A stretch of DNA of 49,087 nt from an uncultured Rhodospirillales bacterium (GTDB lineage: Bacteria; Pseudomonadota; Alphaproteobacteria; CACIAM-22H2): NCBI GenBank assembly GCA_903860935.1, contig CAIOSQ010000274.1, positions 1 through 49,087 on the forward strand, in the 5' to 3' direction. The notes beneath the pieces are model-generated. The model was not told the DNA's origin and did no database searches. It saw only the letters and a list, made by a program, of their open reading frames with translations. Position numbers and translations under genes: made by a program. Numbering within the stretch: position 1 is the stretch's first letter; every line of letters begins with the position of its first letter. Below are positions 9,310 through 19,009 of this stretch, piece by piece.

Positions 9310-10431
9310 ATGATCGACATGCAGCAAGCGCGACCTTCGGGGACGGAGCGCGGCCGGGCCGCCCCGGCCCCCTTGCGCGCGATCCGGTGGTGGCTCGGCG
9401 AACTCGATGGCGCGTGGCGCGATGCGCGCGCACTCCTGGTCCGCGCGCCGCATGGCGCCGACGGGCTTGTGCTCGAGGCCAGCGCCGAGAGCTTCACGAT
9501 CCATCGCCAGTCGGGCGCGCGGCGATCCACGCTGGGACGCGTGGCGCGTCCGGTCGCCAGCCGCGCGGCGCTTGATCCCGGCCTGCGCGCCACGCTTGCC
9601 GCCGCGCGCGGTCGCGCGATCGTCGAACTCGCGGCCGCGGACACGCTGACGCGGCGCCTGCGTCTGCCGGATGCAGGACCGGCCGATCTCGCGCGCATGC
9701 TGCGTTTCGAATTGGCGAAGCACCTGCCTTTCCCGATCGAGGAGGCGTGCTGGTATTTCCGTGCCGTCGGCCCCGCGCCGGGCCGCGGCGCCGCGCGCGA
9801 GGTCGAGGTGAGCGTGGCGCCGCTCGCCCTCGCGGTGGCGATACGCGACGAACTGGCCGCGCTCGGCATCGCCGCCGACGGTTTCGTCGCCGCCGACCTG
9901 CCCGCCGATGCCCGGTCCGGCCTGTCCTTCCTGCCGCCGACGGCGGGAGCGGCGTCCGGTGGTGGATCGGTGGCGCGGATGGTGGCACTGGTCCTCGTGA
10001 TCGCCGCCGGCGGCGCGAGCCTCGCCTCGCCGCTGCTCGCCGATCGCGCGCGGATGCAGACCCTCGGTGACGAGATCGCGCGGCTCGAACCGGCGGCGAA
10101 GCGTGGCCTTGCCGTGCGCGAGCAGGCGCTGCGCGACGGCGAACGCGGCGAGGCCCTGCGCCGGATGCGCCAGGCGCGCCCTGATGCGATCGCGACGCTG
10201 GCGCTGCTCACCGCGGCGATCGACGATGCGTCCTGGCTCGTCTCCCTTGCCCTGTCGGGGCCGGAGGTCGTGATCGACGGCCGGTCGCCATCCGCGGCTG
10301 CCGTCGCGGCGGCGCTGGAGCGCACCGGGCGTTTCGAGCGCGTCTCGTTCCGCGCGCCGATCGCGCGCGATCCGGCCACGGGGCTCGAGCGTTTCCAGAT
10401 CGCAGCCATCCTGGCCGAGGCGCGGCCGTGA
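9310..10431 (+). CDS. gspL: GspL / PilN-domain T2SS assembly protein
   Basis: WWLGEL, LRLP......LARMLRFELAKHLPF, one TM, C-terminal PilN-like DASWL..L.L....V.IDG; follows gspK. Confidence 0.75.
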   Translation: MIDMQQARPSGTERGRAAPAPLRAIRWWLGELDGAWRDARALLVRAPHGADGLVLEASAESFTIHRQSGARRSTLGRVARPVASRAALDPGLRATLAAARGRAIVELAAADTLTRRLRLPDAGPADLARMLRFELAKHLPFPIEEACWYFRAVGPAPGRGAAREVEVSVAPLALAVAIRDELAALGIAADGFVAADLPADARSGLSFLPPTAGAASGGGSVARMVALVLVIAAGGASLASPLLADRARMQTLGDEIARLEPAAKRGLAVREQALRDGERGEALRRMRQARPDAIATLALLTAAIDDASWLVSLALSGPEVVIDGRSPSAAAVAAALERTGRFERVSFRAPIARDPATGLERFQIAAILAEARP

Positions 10432-10967
10432 TCCGCGCGGGGAGCATGGTCGCGCGCGTCGCTGCGCTTGGGCTGCTCGCGGGCTTCGCGGCGGCGCTCT
10501 GGGCCGGTCCGGTCGCGATCTATCGCGAGGCGCTTGACGCGTCGCACACCCGCGTCGCCCAGGCATCGGCGCTGGCGGCGCGCTATCGTCTCCTGGCCGC
10601 GGGGCCGCCCGATGGCGCGGTGCCGCGCGCGGCGTCCGGCCTTCTGCTTGCCGACCTGCCGGCCGCGCAGTCCTTCGCGGCGCTCAGCGAGACCATCAAG
10701 CAGGCCGCGGATGCGGCCGGTCTTGCGGTGCAGGGGCTGCAAGGCCTGGGCGAGGAGAGCGTCCTCGGCCTGCAGCGCAGCGGGGTGCGCGTGCGCGGCA
10801 CGGCCACGCTCGCCGGGCTGGCGCGGTTCCTGGCGACGGTGGAGGGCGGCATGCCGCTCCTGATCGTCGACGGGTTGCGCGTCCAGTCGCGCCAGGGGAC
10901 CGGCGCCACACAGGAGGAGCGACTGGAGATCCAGATGGACATCGTCGGCTTCCGGGAGCCGACATGA
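10428..10967 (+). CDS. gspM: GspM-like T2SS protein
   Basis: N-terminal TM, coiled region, L.RFL..VEGGMPLLIVDGL pattern; follows gspL with GTGA overlap. Confidence 0.75.
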   Translation: MIRAGSMVARVAALGLLAGFAAALWAGPVAIYREALDASHTRVAQASALAARYRLLAAGPPDGAVPRAASGLLLADLPAAQSFAALSETIKQAADAAGLAVQGLQGLGEESVLGLQRSGVRVRGTATLAGLARFLATVEGGMPLLIVDGLRVQSRQGTGATQEERLEIQMDIVGFREPT

Positions 10968-11401
10968 ACGGCGCGGCATCCACCGGCGCTCTTTTCGTCA
11001 TCGCGGCCCTGCTCGTCGGGGCGGCGGCGTGGCCATGGCTGGCGACCGAAACTCCGGTCGCGATCGCCGCGGCGCCTGGCGCCGCCGCGCCGGTCGCGCT
11101 GCCCGCCGTCGATCCGCAGGCTCTCGCGACCGTGCTGGAGCGCCCGCTGTTTTCCGCCGGTCGCCGTCCGGCTGCGGCCGAGGGGGGGGCGCCCGCCGCC
11201 GCGCCGCGGTCCGCGCTGCGTGTCGAGGGCGTGGTCGACGCGGGCGGCAGGCGCCGGGCCATTCTCCGGCGCGAAGGGAGCGCCGCCAGCCTGCACCTTG
11301 CCGAGGGCGACACGGTCGATGGATGGGTCGTGCGCGCGATCTCGCCGGACAGGGTCGTGCTCGTCTCGCCGGCCGGAGAACTCGTCCTGCCGGCGCGCTG
11401 A
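10964..11401 (+). CDS. XpsN/GspC-like T2SS accessory protein
   Basis: N-terminal TM, ERPLFSAGRRP, LRVEGVV, L.EGDTVDGWVVRAISPDRVVL. This gene normally precedes the secretin in Xanthomonas/Caulobacter-type clusters. Confidence 0.7.
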   Translation: MNGAASTGALFVIAALLVGAAAWPWLATETPVAIAAAPGAAAPVALPAVDPQALATVLERPLFSAGRRPAAAEGGAPAAAPRSALRVEGVVDAGGRRRAILRREGSAASLHLAEGDTVDGWVVRAISPDRVVLVSPAGELVLPAR

Positions 11402-11409
11402 CGGCGCTG

Positions 11410-13407
11410 TCACTCCGCCGCGTGGGCGGGCGACGCGCCCGGCGCGTCGTCGCGGCGCGGCCGACGCACGGGCAGCGCGACGCGCCAGCGGCGGTCGGCG
11501 AGGCCGGTCAGTCCGCCGATCGCCATCAGGCCGGCACCGATCCAGATCCAGGGGACCAGCGGCTTCCAATAGGCGCGTACAACCCAGCTTCCGGACGGAT
11601 CCGGATCGCCCAGCGCGACATAGACGTCCGACAGAAGGTTGGTGCGGATCGCGGTGTGGCTGGTGACGCGGCGCTGCACCGTGAACAGGCGCCGCTCCGG
11701 ATGAAGCGTCGCGATCGTCGTTCCGTCGCGCGACAGCGTGATCGTGGCACGGTCCGCGAGGTAGTTCTCGCCGGTGCGCTTGTCGACGGCCTCGAGCTTC
11801 AGCGCGTAGCCACCGATCTCCACCGTGTCGCCCGGGCGCATGGCCTGGATCCGCTCGACCTCCCAGGCCGAGGCGGCGATGCCGAAGGTCGTGATCGCGA
11901 CACCCAGATGCGCGAGCGCCATGCCATGGGCCGCCAGCGGCCGGTGGCGGGCGCGGCGCAGGCTCTCGGCCAGCGGCGCGCGGAAGAGATGGATGCGGTC
12001 CGCCCATTCGACCAGCACGCCGACGGCGAGCCAGCAGGCGAGGCCAAGCCCGCCGATGGCGAGAAGAGGACCACCGCCGGTGGCGTAGAGGGCGACGCCC
12101 ATCAGGACGATCGCTGCCGCGAAGGCGAGCCACAGGCGTTGCAGGGCCCCCAGCGCATCGCCGCGCTTCCAGCCGAGGAACGGACCGACCGCAAGCGCAA
12201 GCAGCAGCGGAACCATCAGCGGCGAGAACGTGGCGTTGAAGAAGGGCGGTCCGACCGAGATCTTGCCGCCGCCCATCACGTCGACGATCAGCGGGTAGAT
12301 GGTGCCGATGAAGACGGTCGCCGTGGCGGTCGAGAGCAGGAGGTTGTTGAGGACAATGGCGCCCTCGCGCGAGACCGGCGCGAAGATCCCGCCGCCGCGC
12401 AGCGACGGCGCGCGCAGAGCGTAGAGCGTGAACGAGCCGCCGATCGCGGCCCCGAGCAGCAGCAGGATGAAGCTTCCGCGCGCGGGATCGACGGCGAAGG
12501 CATGGACCGAGGTGAGGACGCCGGAGCGGACCAGGAACGTACCCACCAGGGACAGGCTGAAGGCGACGAGGGCCAGCAGGACCGTCCAGGTCTTCAGCGC
12601 CTCGCGCTTCTCCACCACGATCACGGAATGCATCAGCGCCGTGCCGACCAACCAGGGCATGAAGCTGGCGTTCTCGACCGGATCCCAGAACCACCAGCCG
12701 CCCCAGCCCAACGTGTAGTAGGCCCACCAACTGCCGGTGGCGATGCCGATGGTCAGCGGGATCCAGGCGGCAAGCGACCAGGCGCGGACCCAGCGCGCCC
12801 AGAGCGCGTCGACACGCCCTTCGAGCAGCGCGGCGACCGCGAAGGCGAAGGTGATCGAGTAGCCGACATAGCCGAGATAGAGGAAGGGCGGATGGAAGGC
12901 GAGGCCCGGATCCTGCAGGATCGGGTTGAGGCCGCGCCCGTCCGCGGGCACGGGGAAGACGCGCAGGAACGGGTTCGACGTGGCGAGGATGAAGATCCCG
13001 AAGCCGGTGGCCACCATGCCCTGGATCGCGAGCACCCGCGCGCGCAACGTCTGCGGCAGTTCCGCGCCGAACACCGCGACGGCCCCGCCGAACAGCGCGA
13101 GGATGAGGATCCAGAGCAGCATCGAGCCCTCATGGTTCCCCCAGACGCCGGTGATCTTGTAGAGCATCGGCTTCGTGCTGTGGCTGTTCTCGGCGACGTT
13201 CGCGAGCGAGAAATCCGAGGTCGCGTAGGCGTGGACGAGGGCGAGGAAGCTGAAGGCGACGAACCCCGCCTGGAGCAGGGCGGAGGGTTGTCCCACCGCC
13301 ATCAGGTTGGGGTCGCCGCGCTGCGCCCCCCAGAGCGGGACCACCGCCTGGACCAAGGCGAGCATGGTCGCGAGGATAAGCGCGAAATGTCCGAGTTCGG
13401 CGAGCAT
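11410..13407 (-). CDS. ccmF: Cytochrome c heme lyase CcmF/NrfE family
   Basis: MLAELGHFAL, WGNHEGS, LNPILQD...HPP, WWD motif WGGWWFWDPVENAS, RSGVLTSVHAFA. Confidence 0.97.
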   Translation of the reverse strand: MLAELGHFALILATMLALVQAVVPLWGAQRGDPNLMAVGQPSALLQAGFVAFSFLALVHAYATSDFSLANVAENSHSTKPMLYKITGVWGNHEGSMLLWILILALFGGAVAVFGAELPQTLRARVLAIQGMVATGFGIFILATSNPFLRVFPVPADGRGLNPILQDPGLAFHPPFLYLGYVGYSITFAFAVAALLEGRVDALWARWVRAWSLAAWIPLTIGIATGSWWAYYTLGWGGWWFWDPVENASFMPWLVGTALMHSVIVVEKREALKTWTVLLALVAFSLSLVGTFLVRSGVLTSVHAFAVDPARGSFILLLLGAAIGGSFTLYALRAPSLRGGGIFAPVSREGAIVLNNLLLSTATATVFIGTIYPLIVDVMGGGKISVGPPFFNATFSPLMVPLLLALAVGPFLGWKRGDALGALQRLWLAFAAAIVLMGVALYATGGGPLLAIGGLGLACWLAVGVLVEWADRIHLFRAPLAESLRRARHRPLAAHGMALAHLGVAITTFGIAASAWEVERIQAMRPGDTVEIGGYALKLEAVDKRTGENYLADRATITLSRDGTTIATLHPERRLFTVQRRVTSHTAIRTNLLSDVYVALGDPDPSGSWVVRAYWKPLVPWIWIGAGLMAIGGLTGLADRRWRVALPVRRPRRDDAPGASPAHAAE

Positions 13408-13418
13408 GCCTTATCGTA

Positions 13419-16400
13419 TCAGCGTCGCGTTGCAGCCGGCACGAAATCACCCGGCCGACCCGTGGGGGAGACCGCGTAGGGCTTGCCGTCGCGGTCGATA
13501 TAAAGGCGGCGCTGTTCCTCCAGGGTGAAGGGGCGGGATCCGATGCGCCCGAACACCGCCACCTGACCGCCGCTCTCGTCGACGCCGCGGTCGCGTTCCA
13601 GCCCCCGCGACAGCGACAGCGCGGGCGTGCGCGTCTTGCGCCAAGCCACCAACTCGGGCTTGGGCTCGGGCGAGAAGCCGTAGAAATTCGGCTGGCTGTC
13701 CGGCGAGGTCAGTTGCACGACCTTGAGCCCGTTGGCGCCATCCGCCACATAGGCGAAGGCCGAGGCGTTGGTCGCGCCGATCACCACGTCGCGCGCGTCG
13801 TTGAGGCGCCCGCCATCGGTGAAGCGCTGGTGGACGCGCGGATGCTCGGGGCGCTCGACGTCGACGATCACGAGGCCCTCGCGGCCAGCCGCCACGTAGG
13901 CATAGGTGCGGGCGACCATCATGCGGTGCGCGTCGGCCATCGGGAGATGCGCCGAGGGCACCGGGCGCGGCGTCGCCGGCGCGGTGACGTCGATCACGTG
14001 CATGCCCTTCGTGTCGAGCGCGAAGAGGTAGCGGAACTGGATGGCGGTCGACCGCAGATCCGCGAAGGGCAGCGTCGCGAGGACCTTCGGCTCCAGCGGC
14101 TTGTCCATGTCGAGGACGACCAGCCCGGCGCGTGCCGCGATATAGAAATACCGGCCGGCGATGGTCAGGTGACGGGCCCCGTCGAGGATGCCGCCCGCGT
14201 TCCAGGTCAAGGCGCGGCGCAGGAAGTTGTTGCGCGGCTCCCCGTCGGCCAGCGTGTTGACGTCGGTCAGGATCAGGCCTTCCACGGAATCCGTGATGAA
14301 GGCGTAGTCGTAGATCGGGTGGAAGGGCTGCTCCTGGTTGAGCTCCTGCATCTTCGGATCGGCGCCGCGCGCCGGATGGATCGGCTGCGTCGTCGGTAGC
14401 ACGACGCAGGTCGCGTCGCGCGAGGCGATATGCGTGTCGTGACCGAGCGCCGCGAAGGGCGCGGAGATGATCCGTTGCGATACGCCCTTGTTGGCGATGC
14501 TGGCGACGTCGTAGACGCGCATGCCGCTCGACCCTTCGGCGACGAAGAGATATTCGCCGCGCAGCTGCAGGCATCCGACCTGCGCCGCGGTGCCGCGCGT
14601 ATCGGTCTCGGCCAGGGCGCGGCCGCGCGCGAGATGCTCGCCGTACCATTTCGGATAGGCATAGCGGTGCAGGTAGCTGCCGATGACCGCCTGCGGCTCG
14701 TCCCATTCGGTGACGCGCACGGCCTCGAAGCTGCGCTCGCCGCCGACCCAGGCGTTGAGCCCGACCATGTTGACGTAGTTGGTCCCGTGCAGGAGCAGCT
14801 GCGCCATGATCGCGTTGTTGTCGTTGGCTTCGGAGATGTGGCAGTCGGCGCAGCCCTTGGTTTCCGTCAGACGCTCGGTATGCGGATAATGCGGCGCGAA
14901 GGCCTGGCTCGAATAGCCGGCCGCGGAGATCGGTGGCTGTTGCGCGTAGATCCGCTCGCGGTTGATGTTGGTCGAGGACAGGACCAGGGCCGAAGTCGAG
15001 CGGATCGGCGCGATGATGTTGCCCTTGATCGTGCCGTGCCGGCCGAGTTGGAACATGTCGTCGCGCGCGACCTGCGGATTGTAGGTGGCGTAGTTGCGCG
15101 TCTCGCCGCCCTCGTAGTGATGGCGCTCGGTCTTGAAATTCGCCTCGATCGGAAGATGGCAGCCGCCGCAGCTCGTCGTCCAGGAGAGGTGGCAGGTGTA
15201 GCAGGCCAGTTCTTCGTCCTTGTGGGCGAGATCCGCCGCCGGGATGCCGGGACCCCATTTCATGGAGCCGTCGTTGCTCATCAGCTTGGCGCGCGCGGAT
15301 TTCGCGTTGTACTTGGCGTTCGCCGGATCGACGCTGTCCTTGACCAGCGACACCTCCCATTCGAGGTCCGGATACAGCGACGACCGCTGGAAGAGCTTGC
15401 CGTCGATCCACTCGAAGCGGGGGCGGCCGAAGCTCGTGCGCATGAGCGACAGGTCGGTGCCGCCGGGCCGCGCCGCGGGACCGGAGGTCCGCAGGCTCGG
15501 ATAGGCTTTCGACGTGCCATGGCAATCGGCGCAGCCGATCTCGATCGCCGCGGCGACCTCGCCATAGATGTGGCCGTTGCCGTGGCTGTCCTGGGCGAAA
15601 TGGCAGTCGACGCAGTGCATGCCGGCATCGACATGGATCGACGACATGTGGACCGCCTTCTTGAACTTCTCGGGGTCCTCCGGCGGGATCACGTTGTCGG
15701 CGGCGTCGAGCAGGTTGCCCTTGCGGTCGCGCTTGTAGATGGCGCGGAAATTCCAGCCATGGCCGTGGTAATCGGCGAACTGCGTGTCCTTCAAGTCGGG
15801 ATTGAGGGCGCTGACCTCGCGCAGGAAGGCCGGATCCGCCCAATTGCCGCGGACTGACGCGCCCTCGGGGTTGCGCCGCAGGGTCTTGGCGATTTCTTCG
15901 TCGGTCGGGAATTTCTGCTCGGCCGGAAACATCTTCGGGGCGTCCGGCTCGTAGTCGTACATGGTGTAGCCGAGCATGCTGTTGAGGAAGATGTTCGGCT
16001 GGTGCATGTGGCAGATCATGCACTGGCTGGTCGGGATCGCTTTCGTGAACTCGTGCTTGAGCGGGTGGCCGGAGCGGTCATGCGGGATCGTCGGGTCGAC
16101 CGTCTTTGACGTGCCGCGATTGCCGAAGCGGGCGTAGGGGCCCGAATGCTTCACGTCGCGGTCGTTGGCGTAGACGACGTGGCACGACGCGCAGCCCGAG
16201 CTGCGATAGTCGCCCGGCTGGTCGTTGGTGCCGAGGAACCACATGAACGGGTCGTTCAGGCGCGTCTTGGTGATGTTGAGTACGGGGATCGCAACACGCA
16301 GACCGGTCGCGGGGCCGCGATTCGATTGCTTGAGATCGGGGCGTCCCGGCTCCTCCAGGCGCTGGATCTGGCCGGTCACGTTGGGCAGGCCGATTTCCGG

Positions 16401-17165
16401 GAACTGGGTCAGGATGTTGCGCCCGCCGCGCTCGAAGACGCGGAACACGTCGGCCGGCGGCGTCACTTCCCAGGCCGGGAGCGGATAGAGTTCTGGCAGC
16501 AATCCGCGGCTGCGGGTCAGTTCGGGGCTGGGCTTAACCGGGGCCACCAGCTTCGCGGGCTGTCCGTCGCGCGTGTAGCCCTCGCCAAGGAGGTAGTTTT
16601 TGAACGGCAGGATTCCGTTGTTGTAGGACGCGCCGCCCCAGAGCATGGCGCCGGTCGCCATCAGGCTGCGCTCGGCGGCCTGGATGACCGTGAGATGGCA
16701 CGCGCCGCAGGCCTCGCGCGCGACGCGGTAGTCGCTGGGGTTCACGAAGCGGATGTAGTCGGGCGATTCCTTGTTCAGCAGCGTGTAGCTGCGGATGGGG
16801 TTGGCGCTGCCCGAGGCGGTCCAGAATTCGGGCAGGCGCGGCTGGACATGCGCCTTCGCCATCGCGGCGCCATAGGCGGGGCCGTCCTTGCTGCTTCCGG
16901 CGGGACGCATGACGCCCGCGTCACCCCCATGACAATCCGCGCAGCCGAGGACGACGGCGGGATTGCTGTGCATGTTCGCGGAATCGGATTTCTCGTGGCA
17001 GGTGAGGCATCCGGCGCTCTTTTCCGCCGCGCGGTCGGGATGCTGCCGATCGGGAGCCGGCGGGAAGAGCGGTGCCGAGGCGACGCGCGGGCCAGGGCCA
17101 TCGGCCGCCCAGCTCGACGGAACCGCGAAGACGATCAGGAGGAGCGCGAGGAGGAGAAGGCGCAT
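13419..17165 (-). CDS. Large exported decaheme cytochrome c with C-terminal LVIVD-repeat (beta-propeller-like) domain, 1248 aa
   Basis: Sec signal (MRLLLLALLLIVFAVPSSWA). Ten CxxCH (CLTCH, CADCH, CGACH, CASCH, CMICH, CVDCH, CADCH, CYTCH, CGGCH, CADCH). Repeats GMRVYDV, GLILTDV, GLVVLDM, GMHVIDV, GLVIVDV, GLKVVQL. Confidence 0.9.
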   Translation of the reverse strand: MRLLLLALLLIVFAVPSSWAADGPGPRVASAPLFPPAPDRQHPDRAAEKSAGCLTCHEKSDSANMHSNPAVVLGCADCHGGDAGVMRPAGSSKDGPAYGAAMAKAHVQPRLPEFWTASGSANPIRSYTLLNKESPDYIRFVNPSDYRVAREACGACHLTVIQAAERSLMATGAMLWGGASYNNGILPFKNYLLGEGYTRDGQPAKLVAPVKPSPELTRSRGLLPELYPLPAWEVTPPADVFRVFERGGRNILTQFPEIGLPNVTGQIQRLEEPGRPDLKQSNRGPATGLRVAIPVLNITKTRLNDPFMWFLGTNDQPGDYRSSGCASCHVVYANDRDVKHSGPYARFGNRGTSKTVDPTIPHDRSGHPLKHEFTKAIPTSQCMICHMHQPNIFLNSMLGYTMYDYEPDAPKMFPAEQKFPTDEEIAKTLRRNPEGASVRGNWADPAFLREVSALNPDLKDTQFADYHGHGWNFRAIYKRDRKGNLLDAADNVIPPEDPEKFKKAVHMSSIHVDAGMHCVDCHFAQDSHGNGHIYGEVAAAIEIGCADCHGTSKAYPSLRTSGPAARPGGTDLSLMRTSFGRPRFEWIDGKLFQRSSLYPDLEWEVSLVKDSVDPANAKYNAKSARAKLMSNDGSMKWGPGIPAADLAHKDEELACYTCHLSWTTSCGGCHLPIEANFKTERHHYEGGETRNYATYNPQVARDDMFQLGRHGTIKGNIIAPIRSTSALVLSSTNINRERIYAQQPPISAAGYSSQAFAPHYPHTERLTETKGCADCHISEANDNNAIMAQLLLHGTNYVNMVGLNAWVGGERSFEAVRVTEWDEPQAVIGSYLHRYAYPKWYGEHLARGRALAETDTRGTAAQVGCLQLRGEYLFVAEGSSGMRVYDVASIANKGVSQRIISAPFAALGHDTHIASRDATCVVLPTTQPIHPARGADPKMQELNQEQPFHPIYDYAFITDSVEGLILTDVNTLADGEPRNNFLRRALTWNAGGILDGARHLTIAGRYFYIAARAGLVVLDMDKPLEPKVLATLPFADLRSTAIQFRYLFALDTKGMHVIDVTAPATPRPVPSAHLPMADAHRMMVARTYAYVAAGREGLVIVDVERPEHPRVHQRFTDGGRLNDARDVVIGATNASAFAYVADGANGLKVVQLTSPDSQPNFYGFSPEPKPELVAWRKTRTPALSLSRGLERDRGVDESGGQVAVFGRIGSRPFTLEEQRRLYIDRDGKPYAVSPTGRPGDFVPAATRR

Positions 17166-17167
17166 CG

Positions 17168-19009
17168 TCAGAAGGTCAGCACGAGGTTGCCGAGGACGGA
17201 ATAGAGGAGCTTTCCGTCGGACTGGGTGCCGTTCCCGGACGTGTCATAAAGCGCCTCCAGCCCCTTGCCCGGCACCAGGATGGCGCCGGACAGCCGCGCC
17301 ACCACGTTCTGCGTGAAATAGGGACGGTAGATCAGCGCCGCCGAGACTTCCCAGCCGATGGCGGTGTCGATCTTGCCCTGGTTGCGCAGATATTCCAGCG
17401 ACGACGTGTCGACGAAGCTCAGCCGGTTGAGGTTGGTCGACAGCCGCAGTTCCGGCAGCAGGTCCATGTCCGTCCCGACGCCGAGCAGATTGAGCCCGGG
17501 ATTGACGAAATTCGACTGGCCTTCGTCCTTCGACGACCGCAGCGCGGGCAGCAATCCGTTGCGCGGCGAGAGCGTGACGCCGCCGCCGCCGATCAGCGGC
17601 ATGGCCTGCCGGATCCAGTAGCTTGTGTCCGCGCCGGCGAAGACCGGGTTCTCGAAGATCGCATCGAAGCCTGTGGCCACGCGGTCGCGCGGGTTGCGAT
17701 CGCCGCTGGCATGCAGCCCGGACAGGCGCACGCGCAGCCAGTCGAAATCCATCGACGCCTCGGCTGCGCCGAAATAGGCGCGGATGTCCTGGGGCTTGTT
17801 GTTGCCGGCGAACTGGTTCCGCTCGTCGCGGCCCAGCGCGTAGTAGATCGAGGAGGTCAGGTTGATCCGGCCGAAATGCCCGTCGCCGTTGAAGCCGAAA
17901 TAATTGACGATGTAATCGCGCCCGCGCTGGTCGCCGATGGTCGCCGGCCGCACCAGGAAGCCGTTCTGGTCGTAGTGCTGGGTGTCGCCCTCGTTGTTGC
18001 GGTTGAGGACGTAGGTGATCTGCGATGTGTGACCGAGCACGGGCAGATCCTGGCCGTAGAGGTTCAAGATCGCGATGTCGTCGTTGCGCAGCGGCGCCGA
18101 GATGTCGTTGAGGCCGCTGTTGGTCTCTTTCTCGATGCGACGGAAATAGGCGGCATTGTACTGGAACCGGTTGTTGTAGCGGTTGCCGAAGAGCCGCACG
18201 CCGAGCTGGTTGTCCTGGAACAGGAAGCCGCGGAAATCGGTCGAGAAGGGCTGGATCCCGACCCGCAGCGAGTCGAAATCGTAGCGGTCGGAGACGTTGC
18301 GCAGGTGGTAGTCGACGAAGGCTTCCTGAAGCCCGGTGAACCCGTCGGTACGCTGGGTTCCACGCCCGGGATCCGCGAACAGGGCGCCGACCTCTTCCGC
18401 CTTGACCCGGTTGTAGTTGACGACCGGCGTCAGCCGGATCTCGAAATCGGGCGGCTTGAAGGCCGTGTTGCCCTTGATGAGCGCCACGCTGGCGATGACG
18501 CTCTGGCTGAACACGGTCTGGGTGTAGCGGCCGAAGGTGTTGTTGGCGCCGGGCGTGGCGGTGCCCTGGTTGCCGACGGGGATGGGGACGCGGCGCGGCT
18601 CGAAGATCGTATCCGAGATCGCCGTGAGACTGACGAACCAGTCCTCTCCGAAGACCGGCTTGTCGCCCTTGATCGTGTTCGTGTTGTAGGGGTCGTAGAG
18701 TTTCTCCGGACCGAGCAGCGTGTCGAGCAGGCGCCAGCGGTCGGGGATGGGAAGGAATTCGCGCGGCAGCACCGGCGCGGGCGGCGGGACGGCGTTGGGA
18801 TCCGTGACCGGCTCGACCCGATCCTGTGCCGCGGGTCTGGGGGCGGGCGCCTGAGCCGGACGACGGCGCGGATCCTCGCTCGCCTGGGCGAGTTCGCTGC
18901 CTTGCACCGGCGGCGCGGGCGGCGGCGGTGGCGGCGGCCAGGACCGAGCCAGCGCCGGAAGGCTCAGGCCGACAAGGAGCGCCGCGGCGGTGGCCGGGAT
19001 CGGTTTCAT
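17168..19009 (-). CDS. Putative outer-membrane beta-barrel protein (613 aa)
   Basis: Real start MKPIPATAAALLVGLSLPALA overlaps the upstream stop (ATGA). Signal peptide, Pro-rich linker, many amphipathic strands rich in N/D/G/aromatics, terminal ...GNLVLTF (BAM-type C-terminal Phe). Confidence 0.8.
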   Translation of the reverse strand: MKPIPATAAALLVGLSLPALARSWPPPPPPPAPPVQGSELAQASEDPRRRPAQAPAPRPAAQDRVEPVTDPNAVPPPAPVLPREFLPIPDRWRLLDTLLGPEKLYDPYNTNTIKGDKPVFGEDWFVSLTAISDTIFEPRRVPIPVGNQGTATPGANNTFGRYTQTVFSQSVIASVALIKGNTAFKPPDFEIRLTPVVNYNRVKAEEVGALFADPGRGTQRTDGFTGLQEAFVDYHLRNVSDRYDFDSLRVGIQPFSTDFRGFLFQDNQLGVRLFGNRYNNRFQYNAAYFRRIEKETNSGLNDISAPLRNDDIAILNLYGQDLPVLGHTSQITYVLNRNNEGDTQHYDQNGFLVRPATIGDQRGRDYIVNYFGFNGDGHFGRINLTSSIYYALGRDERNQFAGNNKPQDIRAYFGAAEASMDFDWLRVRLSGLHASGDRNPRDRVATGFDAIFENPVFAGADTSYWIRQAMPLIGGGGVTLSPRNGLLPALRSSKDEGQSNFVNPGLNLLGVGTDMDLLPELRLSTNLNRLSFVDTSSLEYLRNQGKIDTAIGWEVSAALIYRPYFTQNVVARLSGAILVPGKGLEALYDTSGNGTQSDGKLLYSVLGNLVLTF

